A model generated the notes under the pieces. That model saw only the letters and a program-made list of their open reading frames with translations, searched no databases and was not told the origin of the DNA. A stretch of DNA of 21,772 bases, taken from IMG/VR virus record IMGVR_UViG_3300005828_000016, positions 1-21,772 of that record; one strand, given 5' to 3'. Of this stretch, positions 21,541 to 21,772 are shown one piece after another; positions within the stretch are counted from its first letter, which is position 1, and the number at the start of each line of letters is the position of its first letter. Both the position numbers and the translations under genes were made by a program. This stretch comes from a virus.

Positions 21541-21772
21541 TTATACGATGCGAATTTTTAGTAAACCGTCGTAGTGGTAAACACCACCAAGAGGTACACC
21601 TCCAGCTGCTGCAGCTGTGTCGTTAGCGTAATTCAAACCGCCATAATTAGCAATAGCCAACTGATTTAGAGTTGTTGAATCATTCCAACCAACTGCCGCA
21701 ACTCCAGGGCCAATAGCAACTGAACCTTCGCTTCCGGCTGATGCACCGTCACCGATAGCAATTGCATAGTTG
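21541..21772 (-). CDS. Tail fibre, C-terminal part of the junction-spanning gene (21653-21772 duplicates 1-120)
   Basis: Same frame as 1-878 through the overlap. It ends ...NYGGLNYANDTAAAAGGVPLGGVYHYDGLLKIRIV, then TAA at 21541-21543. Confidence 0.7.
   Translation of the reverse strand, partial: NYAIAIGDGASAGSEGSVAIGPGVAAVGWNDSTTLNQLAIANYGGLNYANDTAAAAGGVPLGGVYHYDGLLKIRIV
21653..21772. repeat. Right copy of the exact 120-bp terminal direct repeat
   Basis: Identical to 1-120. Confidence 0.95.

Larger units (their letters stand above)
1..21652. mobile_element. One unit length of a small tailed dsDNA phage genome (the window is this unit plus a 120-bp overlap)
   Basis: Exact 120-bp repeat at both window ends. 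A full set of terminase, portal, HK97-type capsid, tail tube, tape measure and fibre genes, all on one strand. An ORF is continuous across the junction. Confidence 0.8.

Noticed and set aside
1-21772. CRISPR arrays, rRNA, transposase/IS elements, integrase, toxin-antitoxin pairs and reverse transcriptase/DGR
   Set aside because: There are no spaced direct-repeat arrays and no recognisable catalytic motifs for these families in any frame. The only repeats are the 120-bp end overlap, the fibre and NGSW coding repeats, and the short control-region repeats.

Overview
The window is one complete unit of a small, AT-rich tailed dsDNA phage genome. Bases 1-120 recur exactly at 21653-21772, giving a 21,652-bp unit, and a tail-fibre ORF reads in frame across that junction. 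The contig is therefore circularly closed or terminally redundant. All credible genes (about 40, including roughly eight below the 60-aa cutoff of the ORF track) lie on the minus strand and are tightly packed, often with TAATATG, TAATG or ATGA stop-start junctions. None has a Shine-Dalgarno sequence, which is the translation-signal style of Bacteroidota hosts (inference).

In transcription order (high to low coordinates) the genome runs as follows:
- a ~0.8-kb control region at 20394-21194 with promoter-like boxes, a palindrome, ATTGATTTA repeats and a GC-rich island
- small winged-helix/HTH early genes
- a sigma-70-like factor
- terS and terL
- a small-gene cassette with its own promoter and terminator, ending in a 49-aa HTH protein
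- a morphogenesis block in non-canonical order: neck proteins, Dit/Tal-like proteins, tape measure, XkdF-like protease fusion, scaffold, major capsid protein, tail tube, portal, connector
- a small membrane protein, an 18-aa-repeat protein, a YadA-like repeat tail fibre, and a 102-aa ORF followed by a strong terminator

I found no tRNA, CRISPR, integrase, DNA polymerase, primase, helicase or recognisable endolysin. All functional calls rest on motif recognition by eye and need HMM or structure searches to confirm.
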